Both the position numbers and the translations under genes were made by a program. Below are positions 23,681-36,676 of a stretch of 64,000 nucleotides of DNA, one piece after another (within the stretch, counting starts at the first letter, position 1; the number at the start of each line of letters is the position of its first letter). The notes beneath the pieces were generated by a model. It had not been told where the DNA came from. It did not search any database and worked only from the letters and a program-made list of their open reading frames with translations. The DNA is taken from NCBI RefSeq assembly GCF_006345805.1, contig NC_043013.1, positions 25,978,001 to 26,042,000 of the forward strand, given 5' to 3'. The stretch is from Octopus sinensis (taxonomy: Eukaryota).

Positions 23681-24983
23681 AATAATAATAATAATAATCA
23701 GTTATTCTGAAAGTCTCCCAATTTTCTTAAAATGTTTTTGTGGTTGAAGAATCTGAATTTATTGACAAGAATGTCTTTTCAATTCCAATTTGCATTTCAA
23801 TCATTAACCATTTTAAAAGTTCCAATCTCTACCAAAACAGGAAAATTTTGACCAAAATGGGCCCCGTTTTTTTTTTCTTGCTTTGTCCCTTTTTATCGAA
23901 TTACTTTGTCCATTCATTATATTTTTATTTATCTCTTATTTGTTCGTCACTGAACTACGCTCATACTGGAGCACTTCTCTGAAAGATTTTTAGTCAAACG
24001 AATCAACTCAAGGGCTTATTTTTATAAGTTTGGTACTAATTCTATTGGTCTGTTTTGCTGAGTTACAGGGTTGTAAACAAACCATCACCATCTGTCAGGT
24101 GGAGGTGGGTGGGGACAAGTACAAATATACATGCTCACTTACACACAAATGCACACACACACACACACTCTCTTTCTCACACACACACACACACACACAC
24201 GCACACACACAAACATGCACACACAGTTTCCATCTACCAACTTTGCAAATACATACATGCACTGGCTTAGCTGGATGGGGGGGTAGGGGTGGAACTTTTA
24301 AAGGGATGACACTTTTGGGTCTGCTGTAGGCAATGTGTTTTTTTGAGGGGCCCAGGAGCAACAAATGGAAGAGCCAGGAATTGAACTCACAGCCTTACAA
24401 CCATGAGAAAGAATGATAGAAGGAACAAGACTAAAAATTGAAATTGGGTTTCTCAGTAAATGAGACATCTAAATTTTTAATTTATATCTGGAGAATTGCT
24501 CAAAATCAATATTTACTCACAAAACTATTGTTATTTAACAAAGTTAATTATATATTCGTTTAGTTGTTTTTCTTTACTCTCATTGACCTAGTACGTGAAC
24601 ACTGAAAATAGCCTCTGTCTGGTTGTTCAACATGCTAGAAATAGAAACTAAATCTCCCTCAAATCACACTCAGCTGGTTGATAAAAAGAAAACAGCTATT
24701 TTAGAGACTGTGTAAGTCTGCACAGCTTGTCATGCAATGCAGTTTAAAGGAATGGGTCCACTGGGTGGTTGTCTGAGAGAAAGGGAATAAATCTAGGGGT
24801 CAAATTCTGATCTATGCATCCTATGGCTTGCTGTGAATAATTAACTATCATAGGACCCAATACATTAATTTGCCCAGGGGCCTATGATGCTGTTAAAACA
24901 GCCTTGTTATCATTATTTGGTGGGCCCTGATTTCATGGCTGGTTGGTCAGTACCTAAACTTTTCTCATTTCCTAACTCTACAT

Positions 24984-25277
24984 CAGTGTTTCTCAACCCT
25001 TGTGTAACCTTCAAAATAAATTACATGCCTCAGGGAATCCCAGCACAAAAAAAACAAAAAAAACCCCAATTATATACCATATCTTTCTCATATTTTTTTC
25101 ACCGTAGTTCACGTAGTAAGGATTATGTCTATATTACAATATTACAATAACTAATAACATGTCTAGTAATGTTACGATTGTGAAGTTAGCATTAGCTTAT
25201 CTCACTCTTTCTTGAAGAGCCCCAAGGAACCTTTGAAGAACCCTAGGGCTCCATGGAACCCTGATTGAAAAACACTG
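24984..25277. mobile_element. hAT MITE
   Basis: TIRs cagtgtttctcaa / ttgaaaaacactg. Perfect 8-bp TSD CTCTACAT at 24976-83 and 25278-85. Confidence 0.88.
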
Positions 25278-25554
25278 CTCTACATACTGGTTGAAAAGGA
25301 AGCTGGGAGTCTGTGATGGAGAATGATTGTTCAACCAGATTAAAAATAAGACCTCTCAGTGGAAAGACGGACTTTTGACCAAGAAACCAGCCACACCAAG
25401 AGAGGAGACAAGCACCACCAGTTTACTAGCTTGTTAACCAATCTGTTGTTATGTTTCTGTGAAATGCTCAGCATTCGTTTTGGTTAATTTTGTGAAATAA
25501 TGGAGAATTTAAGTAGAAAATAATTTGACATTAACTGGCACTTTTATTCTTTAT

Positions 25555-25895
25555 TTTTTTTACTGTTTTCAGTCATCTGACTGCGTCCATGCTGGAGCAC
25601 CGACTTTAGTCGAACAAATCAACCCCAGGACTTATTCTTTGTAAGCCTAGTACTTATTCTATTGGCCTCTTTTTGCTGAACCGCTATCTTTCCGGGACGT
25701 AAACACACCAACATCAGTTGTCAATTGAGGGGTGGGGGCAAACACAGACACAAATACACACATATATATATACATATATATATATATCATCATCATCAAC
25801 ATCATCATCGTTTAACGTCCGTTTTCCATGCTGGCATGGGTTGGACTATTTGACTGGGGTCTGGGAACCCAAGAGTCTGCACCAGGCTCCAGTCT
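25555..25895 (-). mobile_element. SINE family 2 3' part plus RTE tail
   Basis: ttcagtcatctgactgcgtccatgctggagc... followed by catcatcgtttaacgtccgttttccatgctggc. Confidence 0.7.
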
Positions 25896-26004
25896 GATAT
25901 ATGGCCTCAGTCTAAGGACTGAAACAAGTAAAAGATAAAAGATATGAAGAAAAGAAAATAATCTTTAAAAAATATTTTCTGCATTATTGTGACTTTCACT
26001 TAGC

Positions 26005-26460
<456 letters not shown>

Positions 26461-26519
26461 AAAAGGGATAACTTTGTAGCTTCTTCTTCTTCTTCTTCTT
26501 CTTCTTGCCTGACTAAATC

Positions 26520-26752
26520 GTGTCTGCGGCACATAAAAAGCACCATTCGAGTGTGATCAATGCCAGTACTGCCTGACTGGCCCTCGGCACGTAAAAAGCA
26601 CCCACTGGTTGGTATTAGGAAGGGCATCTAGCTGTAGAAACTTCGCCAGATCAGATTGGAGCCTGGTGCAGCCTTCTGGCTTGCCAGCCCTCAGCCAAAC
26701 CATCTAGCCCATGCCAGCATGGAAAACGGACATTAAACGATGATGATGATGA
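26520..26752 (+). mobile_element. RTE 3'-tail copy
   Basis: ggttggtattaggaagggcatctagctgtagaaac...cattaaacgatgatgatg. Confidence 0.8.
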
Positions 26753-27439
26753 TAAGGAAGGAATTGTTGCTATTTAGCTGTAATTCAAGATCTAAATAAA
26801 AAAACAAAACCCTTTGGTTCAAAAGCATTCTGGCCATGACCACTTCGTCTACTTTTCAATCTTAATGATTCTAGAATTATATTATCATTATCTGATGTAT
26901 ATGTACACATGTGTGCATGTGCAAGCATGTATTCATGTCCTCTTGTCTTGACATTGCACAATAATTCTAAATGCTTGTCCCTCTTATACAAGTTGTATCA
27001 TTTGCTTTCAATCTTCTCTGGAAACATGTCTGGCCACCAGGAAATATTACTCTGGTTGGAAATCAATGAGGGTTGTGACAGGAAGAGCATCCAGCTGTAA
27101 AAATTTGTCTCAGTGAACATGGAAAAGTGGTTGTTAAAATGATGATAGTGATGTGTATCTATATATGTGTTTAACCCATTAGCATACTTGTATTATACCA
27201 ATTTTATAGGCAAACTGACCAGATCCAGCATCTCACACCTACCCTACAATGTCATTCTAGAACTAAACAATCGCATCATTGAACCCTCAAAGCTGAGATT
27301 TGACAGAGTAATCTGAATGCCAAATGGTCAAATATACTTACACACATACACACACACACACACACACAAACATACACATGCAGACACACACACACAGACA
27401 GACATACACACATACACACACACATACCAGCATTCAGCA

Positions 27440-27710
27440 CTCTGTTGGTTACAACAATAAGGATTCCAGTTGAACTGATCAACTTAACAGCTTGCTCGTG
27501 AAATTAACATGCATGTGGCTGAGTACTCCAGAGACCTTAACATAGTTCTCAGGAAGATTCAGTTGAATTACTGGTACAACTCATTTTTGCCAGCTGAGTG
27601 GACTGGAGCAATATGAATTAAAATGTCTTGCTCAAGGACACAACATGCTGCCGGGGATTGAACTTGTGACCTTATGATCATGAGCTGAATACCCTAACCA
27701 CTAAGCCATG
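27440..27710 (-). mobile_element. SINE family 3 (CpG-decayed)
   Basis: Homologous to 8797-9130. Confidence 0.78.
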
Positions 27711-27835
27711 TGTTCCCATACACACATGCATAAACACACCCATAACCCTAACCAAAGGAATCATTTGGAGGCTTTCATCCATGCCTAAATATGCAAATAT
27801 ATGCAATTGGAAACATACTCACACACGCACACACA

Positions 27836-27866
<31 letters not shown>

Positions 27867-28159
27867 CACCAACAAGACTGGTGAAAAGAGAATTAAATTT
27901 AGCCAGAGTTCTGCAATGGAATGTTCCAGACATAATTGACACAGCATATTTGGTATTCTTCTTTCTCATCAATCATAAAAGTACCTTTCATTGAATCTTT
28001 ATTTCTTTCAATGCTAATATTGTTAACGGCATTAAAGCAAGAATTCCACCACCAACATTCTTCCTGCATTCACAGACACATGTCTTTCTTCTTCCTCTCA
28101 TTCTCTCTCTCACATTCTTTCTCTCTCTCTCTTTATCAAACTTTATTCCTATCTATTTC

Positions 28160-28161
28160 TT

Positions 28162-28236
<75 letters not shown>

Positions 28237-28241
28237 CTCTA

Positions 28242-28336
<95 letters not shown>

Positions 28337-28344
28337 ATATATAT

Positions 28345-28401
<57 letters not shown>

Positions 28402-28421
28402 CAGACATATATACATATACA

Positions 28422-28484
<63 letters not shown>

Positions 28485-28526
28485 TATATATAATATATAT
28501 ATATATATATACACATATACATATAC

Positions 28527-28558
<32 letters not shown>

Positions 28559-28568
28559 ACATATACAT

Positions 28569-28632
<64 letters not shown>
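28160..28632. repeat. Compound (ATCT)n/(CT)n/(AT)n microsatellite block
   Basis: Directly visible. Confidence 0.95.
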
Positions 28633-28638
<6 letters not shown>

Positions 28639-28705
28639 AGTAAGCACATAATTGCTAAACAAGGTGGAAAAAATAGTATTCAAATACCATAGGTAGAGTG
28701 ATATG

Positions 28706-28862
28706 CTTTATTAAAAAGCAGCAAAAATATCACAAAAACTGTTATTCAAAGTTTCGCATTCCCTTTCGTCAGACAGTTTTGTTTCTAAACAAAACTGTCC
28801 GACATGCAGCAATGTGAAACTCTGAAGAACATTTTTTTGATTTTTGCTGCTTTTTAATAAAG
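28706..28862. repeat. Older foldback of the 19570-type element with a family C hammerhead-like motif on the - strand (28739-28776)
   Basis: ctttattaaaaagcagcaaaaat pairs with atttttgctgctttttaataaag. The minus strand reads CTGT CTGACGA A agggaatgc GAAA CTTTGAA T A ACAG. Confidence 0.7.
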
Positions 28863-29205
28863 TACATCTATATATATATATACACTTTGCCTTTCATCCT
28901 TTCGGGGTTGATAAATTAAGTACCAGTTGCGTACTGGGGTCGATGTAATCGACTTAATCCCTTTGTCTGTCCTTGTTTGTCCCCTCTGTGTTTAGCCCTT
29001 GTGGGTAGTTAAGAAATCTATATATATACACGCATATGTGTGTGTACATTGGTATAACATAAAAGGTACTTGTACTAGTGTCACATGAGAAGTACTCATG
29101 CTGGTACCACATAAAAAGCACTCAGTCCACACTCTGTAAAGTGGTTGGTGTTAGGAAGGGCATCCAGCCATAGAAACCATACCAGAAGAGACAATTAGAG
29201 AGAGG

Positions 29206-29237
<32 letters not shown>

Positions 29238-29749
29238 GACAGACAGACAGAGATGCTCTTGGTCAGTTCTGCAACTGAGATTCATCCTAATCCTCATATA
29301 CTCCAAGAGTGTCAGCTTAGACTGGTTAAGAGCACAATTTTTCCAAACTGGATCCTGTGTGCCATGTTCTCTTCTTTGAGGATCTAACTTAGGTGACACT
29401 TCATATTGGTCAACCACGTGCCACATGTTTATTAGTGGATGAGAAAATATCTCATGGAGGTGGGGATTGATTGGGACACTGCTCGGAGCTTTACCCAGGA
29501 TAACATGAGCAAATATCTACAAATGTATTTACCCGTGTAATGCAATGTATGCAATGTATATATTTATGTGTGAAATGTAAGTATGTATGTGTGTGTGTGT
29601 GTTTATGTTTGAATGTGTGTGTGTGTGTGTGTGTATGTGTGTGTGTGCGTGCGTGTGTAGGTTCTCTTTCACCTTTTAATTTAAAGTAAATTTTGACTGA
29701 TCGTTTGCTTGGTAGAAAGGTTGTTGTAAAGGAAAGCATCTTTTAACCA

Positions 29750-30790
29750 TCATCCTTTAAATCTTAAGAAGATGTTGCACATTTTTATAGTCCTAGGATA
29801 TTGTGATCATTTGCAGTGTATGAATTAAGGATTTGCATGCTTTCCCCAAGATCCCAAATTCAGCTATATTTTGCTCCAGACAGGTTGGTATGTACCCTGT
29901 TGCTCCAATAATAATAATAGGTATAAAGCTGAATGTGTATCTTGCATTCTTCATTTGAAAATTCCTTCTCTATGGTCCAAATATGTCCTTTTTTCCTTGT
30001 ATGCTTTAACCATATTGGTGTGCAGGGGCCAGCTGATTTCCACAACAGAACGTATCTTTTCCTTGTGGTCCCACACAACAATATTTGACTGTAAAGATTG
30101 TTTCCCAACATAACATGGCAGTCCTGGTTTAGGATGAATATTGCTGTAATTTAGCCCCAGGAGATTACAGCAACATTTGTCCTAAACCAAGACTGCCATG
30201 TCATGTTGGCAAACAATCTTTACTACAAAGTACTGTTGCTGAATATCTCTCGTTATGAAATTTAAAAATAGTAATTTTCTAAATATCTGACTGGTTGTGT
30301 TTTAACTTGGTGGCTGTTTTAATTTTTAAGTTCCACCAAAATTCTTTTGACTCATCAGTCTCAATGTATTCAACCTTGTCTGTCAGTGTTTTCTTTTTTG
30401 TTATCCTGTTCCAGACCGTTCAGGTCAGCGCATTATGCCCCAAGGGAAAATATTACTGGAAGACATTCTCCTGCAGTTGGCAATAATGTGGTTGATGTCT
30501 TCAGCCTTGGCCATGCATGGCCTACATTTGTTGTCTGTCAATGTTATCTGTCATTTATGCTGTAGGTACTTGGTGAGGATCTCTTGTTCTTGTAATGCAT
30601 GGAGGCAGCCTTTGAAGTAGGATGTAATAAACTTAATGATACTCTATGCCAAGCTTTTGACATAATCGGTCTCTTCTATCATTTGTGTTTCTCATGCCAA
30701 ATACCCATGTACTATCTTCTCAGTGAACTGGTCCATTTTTTATTTTTGTTGTTCTGATAAATATATTTGACCAATACTACTTGGGGAGAG
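29750..30790 (-). mobile_element. Degenerate R4/NeSL-type (restriction-like endonuclease) non-LTR element, C-terminal part
   Basis: HGYL...LHALQEQEILTKYL...DNKCRPCMAKAEDINHIIANC (CCHC knuckle)...EFWWNLKIKTATKLKHN [insert] IVVWDHKEKIRSVVEISWPLHTN...TIKMCNIFLRF. Stops and frameshifts are present. Confidence 0.8.
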
Positions 30791-31334
30791 ATCTGTACCA
30801 GCTTTTATTTCATGCCTCTCCACTAGTTCATCAACTATCCTAATCATACTATTCTATGAATGTATGTATGTACTGCAGTGTCTACACTCTACTACATCCA
30901 TCCCATGAAATAAATGTTAATGCCAAAACTCAGTCAACCAATATAGTACAACTGGGTGTTGCATAAATCGACCTAATCATATTGGCACATTTCTGGATGG
31001 CAATTAATCAGAAATGTTTGATCTGATAAAATTAAATGATAATAAAAAAAACCAACAACAACAAAAAACAGTAAATAATCATAATACAAAACAAAAACAA
31101 ATGATCCAGTCTGCACATTTTTCTTTCTGTACTTTACACTATATCATGTGTGACCTGGTATTAAGCATTAGACAGCTTTATCACTGAGCTGTTGTTTTAC
31201 TGTTGGAAAGTGGCAAGCTGGCCAAACTGTTAGCATATTGGGCAGCAGTGCTCAGCAGCATTTTGTCTATCTTCACATTCTGACTTCAAATGCTGCTAGG
31301 CTTACTTTGCTTCTAATATTTCTAGGGTTTACGG

Positions 31335-31770
31335 CAGCAAGATGGCAGAAACGTTAAGCATGCTGGGCAAAATGCTTAGCGGTATTTCATCTGTCTTTAC
31401 GTTCTGAGTTCAAATTCCACTGAGCTCGACTTTGCTTTTCATCTTTTCAGGGTCAATAAATTAAGTATCAGTTGCATACTGGGGATGATCTAATCAACTG
31501 GTCTTCTCTTGCAAAATTTCGGGCCTTGTGCGTAGTAAAAAAAAAAAAAAGAATATTTCTAGGGTTGATAAAATAAATACCAGTTGTGCACTGGGGTTGA
31601 TGTAATCAATTCAACCCCCTGCCCTTGAAACTGCTGGCCTTGTGCCAAAAATTGAAACCATTGTTGTTATTACTAATGCTTAGTGACATTTCATCTGCCT
31701 TTACATTCTGAGTTCAAATTTCGCTGAGGTCGACTTTGCCATTCATTGTTGTTGTTGTTGTTGTTGTTGC

Positions 31771-31828
<58 letters not shown>

Positions 31829-31856
31829 GATGATGATGATGATGATGATGTGATGA

Positions 31857-31890
<34 letters not shown>

Positions 31891-31901
31891 GGTGGTGGTG
31901 G

Positions 31902-31932
<31 letters not shown>

Positions 31933-32170
31933 GAAGATGAAGAAGAAGAAGAAGAAGAAGAAGGTGGCAAACTGGCAAAATCGTTAACACACTGGACAAA
32001 ATGCTTAGCAGTATTTTGTCTGCTGCTATGTTCTGAGTTCATATTCCACCAAGGTCAACTTTGCCTTTCATCCTTTCAGGCTCGATAAATCAAGTACCAG
32101 TTGAGTACTGGGGTCAGTACGATTGACTGTACCCCTCCCTACAAAATCCAGGCCTTGTGCCCATAGTAGA
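31335..32170 (+). mobile_element. Cluster of SINE family 1 copies around a compound triplet microsatellite (31745-31960)
   Basis: Repeated tggcagaaa...gttctgagttcaaattc...; (GTT)(GAT)(GGT)(GAA) runs. Confidence 0.8.
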
Positions 32171-32194
32171 AAGGATTGTTGTTGTTATTATTGA

Positions 32195-32445
32195 AGCCTG
32201 GTACTTATTCTCTCGGCCTCTTTTGCTAAACAAGCACTGTTACTGGGATGCAAGCAAACCAACACCAGTTGTCAAGCAGTGGTTGGGGTGGGGCACAAAC
32301 ACAGACAAATACACACACACACACACACACATACATGATGGGCTTCTTGCAGTTTCTGCCTACCAAATCCACTTACAAGGCTTTGGTTGGCTCAAGGCTA
32401 TAGAAGAAGACACTTGCCAAGGTTCCATGCAGTGGGATTGAACAT
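32195..32445 (-). mobile_element. SINE family 2 (decayed)
   Basis: gatgggcttcttgcagtttctgcctaccaaatccac...gacacttgccaagg. Confidence 0.75.
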
Positions 32446-32959
32446 GTGTGTGTGTGTATATATTATATCAATAGCCATTATTTTTATTTGCAAATTGTAG
32501 CGCACAGAATAGACATCATGTTAGACTGTTGTATTCAGATTTGGTACTTTGTCATCTATAATTAGAACTGTGCTGCAGGGGCATCCATAGGCAACACTTT
32601 TCTTTATTGATTGCTCTGTCAAACCAATTTGCTTTCATAGAAAGTGCTGCTAACCGGGAAGAACTGCACTGTTATTTAGTGCCAGGTCAGCTTAATCCAC
32701 AGCCATCATGTGATACAAAGATGTTGGTTTCTTTTGATAAAAACTGAGATGGCACAGGAACCACACCAAGAAGCAGAACCTTCATCTGTTTATCTTTCCT
32801 GCAACTTTACATTCCAAGCTCAAATACTGCCAGGGTCAGCTTTGCTTTTCATCCTCTCAGGATCAATAAAATAAGTACCAGTTATGCACTGGGGTCAATG
32901 TAATCAACTACCCCTTACTCCAAAATTGTTGGTCTTCTGCCAAAATTTGAAACCATTAT

Positions 32960-33430
<471 letters not shown>

Positions 33431-33589
33431 ATCATCATTATTATTGTTGATGTTGTTATCATCATCATCATTATTATTATTATTATTGTAAATTTACTGT
33501 TTGAACATATAAACTAAATGTACCATTAAATGGTTGTTGCTTCATGAGATTTTTAAAAAACGTTTGTCTTTCGTTTTTCTTTTACACAG

Positions 33590-34044
33590 GTGCGTTCCTT
33601 ATTCCATACCTTGTCATGTTGTTTGCAGAGGGGATGCCTTTACTCTACCTGGAGTTGGCCATTGGACAGAAATTTCAAAAAGGTAGCATTGGCGTATGGA
33701 ATGCCATTCATCCATTTCTTGGAGGAATCGGTATCGCAAGTGCCGTCGTCTCTCTGTTGTTAGCAATCTATTACAACGCCATTATTACTTGGTGTTTTTT
33801 TTACTTATTCAATTCATTCCAAAAAAATCTGCCCTGGGAAAAATGTCCCTATGATGGCAATGTGACTGTTGAAGAATGTGACATTGCTGGACCCTCTTCT
33901 TATTATTGGTATCGAGAAGCACTGGACATATCACCTTCCATTGACATTTCTGAAGGGATTAACTGGAAAATATTCGGCTGTTTCGTCTTTGCCTGGCTTG
34001 TGGTATACTGCTGTGTATGTCGAGGTATCCAGTCTTCTGGAAAA
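33590..34044 (+). CDS. SLC6 sodium-dependent transporter, B0AT/SLC6A15-A20 (neutral amino acid) branch; internal exon covering TM2-TM4 and EL2
   Basis: Acceptor tttacacAG at 33588-89 (phase 1, G|GAFLIPY) and donor GTAAGC at 34045 (SSGK|, phase 0). Translation GAFLIPYLVMLFAEGMPLLYLELAIGQ...GSIGVWNAIHPFLGGIG...YYNAIITWCFFYLFNSF...LPWEKCP...EEC...YYWYREALDIS...RGIQSSGK has the SLC6 signatures. Exact orthology is not assignable by eye. Confidence 0.96.
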
Positions 34045-34075
34045 GTAAGCAAGCTAACTCTTCTTCTTCTTTTTC

Positions 34076-34158
<83 letters not shown>

Positions 34159-34182
34159 ATTATTATTATTATCATTATTATT

Positions 34183-34440
34183 ATATGTTTGACTTTTGCT
34201 TTGTATTTGTACAAGTTGACTCCAAGTCTCACCCAGAGACCTCAAGAGACAAGTTAGAAGTTCATGTTGGTGTTATGCTTAGAGTGTCAAATATTTGGTT
34301 TTGTACTTAGTATTGTTCTAGAGTATGTTTAAGGAAACATAAGAAAGTTATAAGTTTGTTTTAAAATTTGAGATTACATAGACAGTATTTTATGTAGGAT
34401 ATGGGCAGTTCCCATGGGCACTTTCTTTTGAATTTCTGCC

Positions 34441-34445
<5 letters not shown>
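34183..34445 (-). mobile_element. 3' end of an R4/Dong-like RLE element in (TAA)n
   Basis: LAEIQKKVPMGTAHILHKILSM* matches the QKxxLLGTAxILR terminus of R4-clade proteins. The UTR ends caaaagtcaaacatat(aat)n, with (TAA)n on both sides. Confidence 0.75.
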
Positions 34446-34521
<76 letters not shown>

Positions 34522-34555
34522 CATTATTATTTTTGTTGCGGGTACTGCTACTGTC

Positions 34556-34635
<80 letters not shown>

Positions 34636-35104
34636 ACAATTGTTAGTATGACAAAAAATGCTTTGTGGCATTTCATCCATTCTTTATCTTCTGAGTTCAC
34701 CAAGGTCAGTCCTGGGATCAGTAAATGAAATACCAGTTAAGCACTGGGGTCAAAGTAATCAATTTACCCTCTTCACCATATAAAACATCAGTAGTATACC
34801 TTTTCCTGTGGATTAATTATTGTAGAAATATATTATGTATCTAATTGAGCTCATTCTAAAGAAAATCAAAATTCATGTTGCAGCTATTGTTGATCTTATT
34901 TATTCCACCCCTTATTATCTTACCCCACATTTTGTTAACAAAGAAGGGATATGTTTTAACATGTTTAACAGGAATAAACTAGCACTAATTGATAACATTT
35001 TTGCACTCAACAATAAATTTGTTCAAATAAGGAAATTCTGAATTCTTTGCTGTTTAAGCATTTATTATTTCATGATTTGTTGTTATTCTATTTCTTGTCC
35101 CTGT

Positions 35105-35310
35105 CATGCTGCTGGCACGTAAAAATCACCCACTACATTCTCAGAGTGGTTGGCATTAAGAAGGGGATCCAGCGGTAGAAACCTTGCCAAATCAGATTGG
35201 AAATTAGTGCAGCCCTCCTGCTTACCAGTTTTCAGTCAAACCGTCCAACTCATGCCAGCATGGAAAGTGGATGTTAAGCAATGATGATGATGATAATGAT
35301 GATGATGATT
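35105..35310 (+). mobile_element. RTE 3'-tail copy
   Basis: gtggttggcattaagaaggggatccagcggtagaaacc...gttaagcaatgatgatg. Confidence 0.8.
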
Positions 35311-35804
35311 CTTCAACAGAATAATACACAATAACTATTTATAACGCCATTATGTAAACAATTATATTCTTTTAATTAAATTTGAATTTCAGTGTTTTAT
35401 TATTTCTGATGTGAAACAAGAGAGAAAACACAGTAAAATAGATATCACTTATTTATACCTCTCTTTTCTAACTGTCATGTGACATATTCAATGGAGACAA
35501 ATTTTTATGCAACCGTCTTGTGTGATTGTCACATGAGCTTAACACTGAACACTGAATAATCAATTTGTACATTAACATTGTAGCATTCTGAGCCATATTC
35601 TTTCTTTCAAAACAATCAATTTTTATAACAACAGCCAGAATAGACATAATTCGCAAGACAGCTTCATACACCCTGCACTTTTGGAAATCTAATGTGAAAC
35701 TGATCAAGTGTATTCCTATATTTCAAAAATCTAATTAAATTCTAATTAATTTTAATATATCCCCCTGTGCCTTTTCAAATTTTGAACTTCATTTCTGTCA
35801 TATA

Positions 35805-35840
<36 letters not shown>

Positions 35841-36036
35841 TGTATGTATGTATGTATGTATGTATGCATGCATGCATGCATGCATGTATGTATGTGTATA
35901 TATATAAATGTATGTATATATATATGTATGTATGTATGTGTATATATATAAATGTATGTATATATATATGTATGTATGTATGTGTATATATATAAATGTA
36001 TGTATATATGTATGTATGTATGTAGATTTATTATTG

Positions 36037-36074
<38 letters not shown>

Positions 36075-36186
36075 ATAATGAGGGAGATAAATTGAATATT
36101 AATTTAATTAATATCAATTTAAAACCAGTAGCCTAGCATACAAAAATCTGAAGAATCAGAGAAAATTCTAATACATGTGTATATCT

Positions 36187-36524
36187 AAGGGCTAAAAAAA
36201 CCCACTATGTGGTTAGCCATATGGTAGAAGTAGATCACCTGCGATCAAACTACAAAGAAAAGAATGTTCTCTAGAGAAAAATTCAGCGGACACCAGAACA
36301 ATATGCGGGCAAGACAGATGAAAATTATATAAAAAACAAGAATTAATTGCAATTAATTAGTCGATTAATTCTTGTTTTTTATATAATTTTCATCTGTCTT
36401 GCCCGCATATTGTTCTGGTGTCTGCTGAATTTTTCTCTAGAGAACATTCTTTTCTTTGTAGTTTGATCGCAGGTGATCTACTTCTATCATATGGCTAACC
36501 ACATAGTGGTTTCTTTTAGCCCTT
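36187..36524. repeat. 161-bp-arm inverted repeat with a 16-nt loop
   Basis: 36187-36347 versus 36364-36524, with about 4 mismatches. Confidence 0.95.
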
Positions 36525-36539
36525 TAAATATACATATAT

Positions 36540-36588
<49 letters not shown>

Positions 36589-36676
36589 TATATATGTGTG
36601 TGTGTGCGTCTTTTGTTTATTTCCGTAAACCTGCCTTCGTCTTTTGTCTATTTTCATAAAGCTTCCCGTTATATAT

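Noticed and set aside
33544-34257. Treating the 237-aa ORF as a single-exon gene
   Set aside because: Homology starts at an AG (33589) and ends at a GT (34045); the flanking residues come from intron and microsatellite.
36140-36175. CTGAAGA...GAAAATTC hammerhead-like string
   Set aside because: There is no stem I partner and no real stem II.
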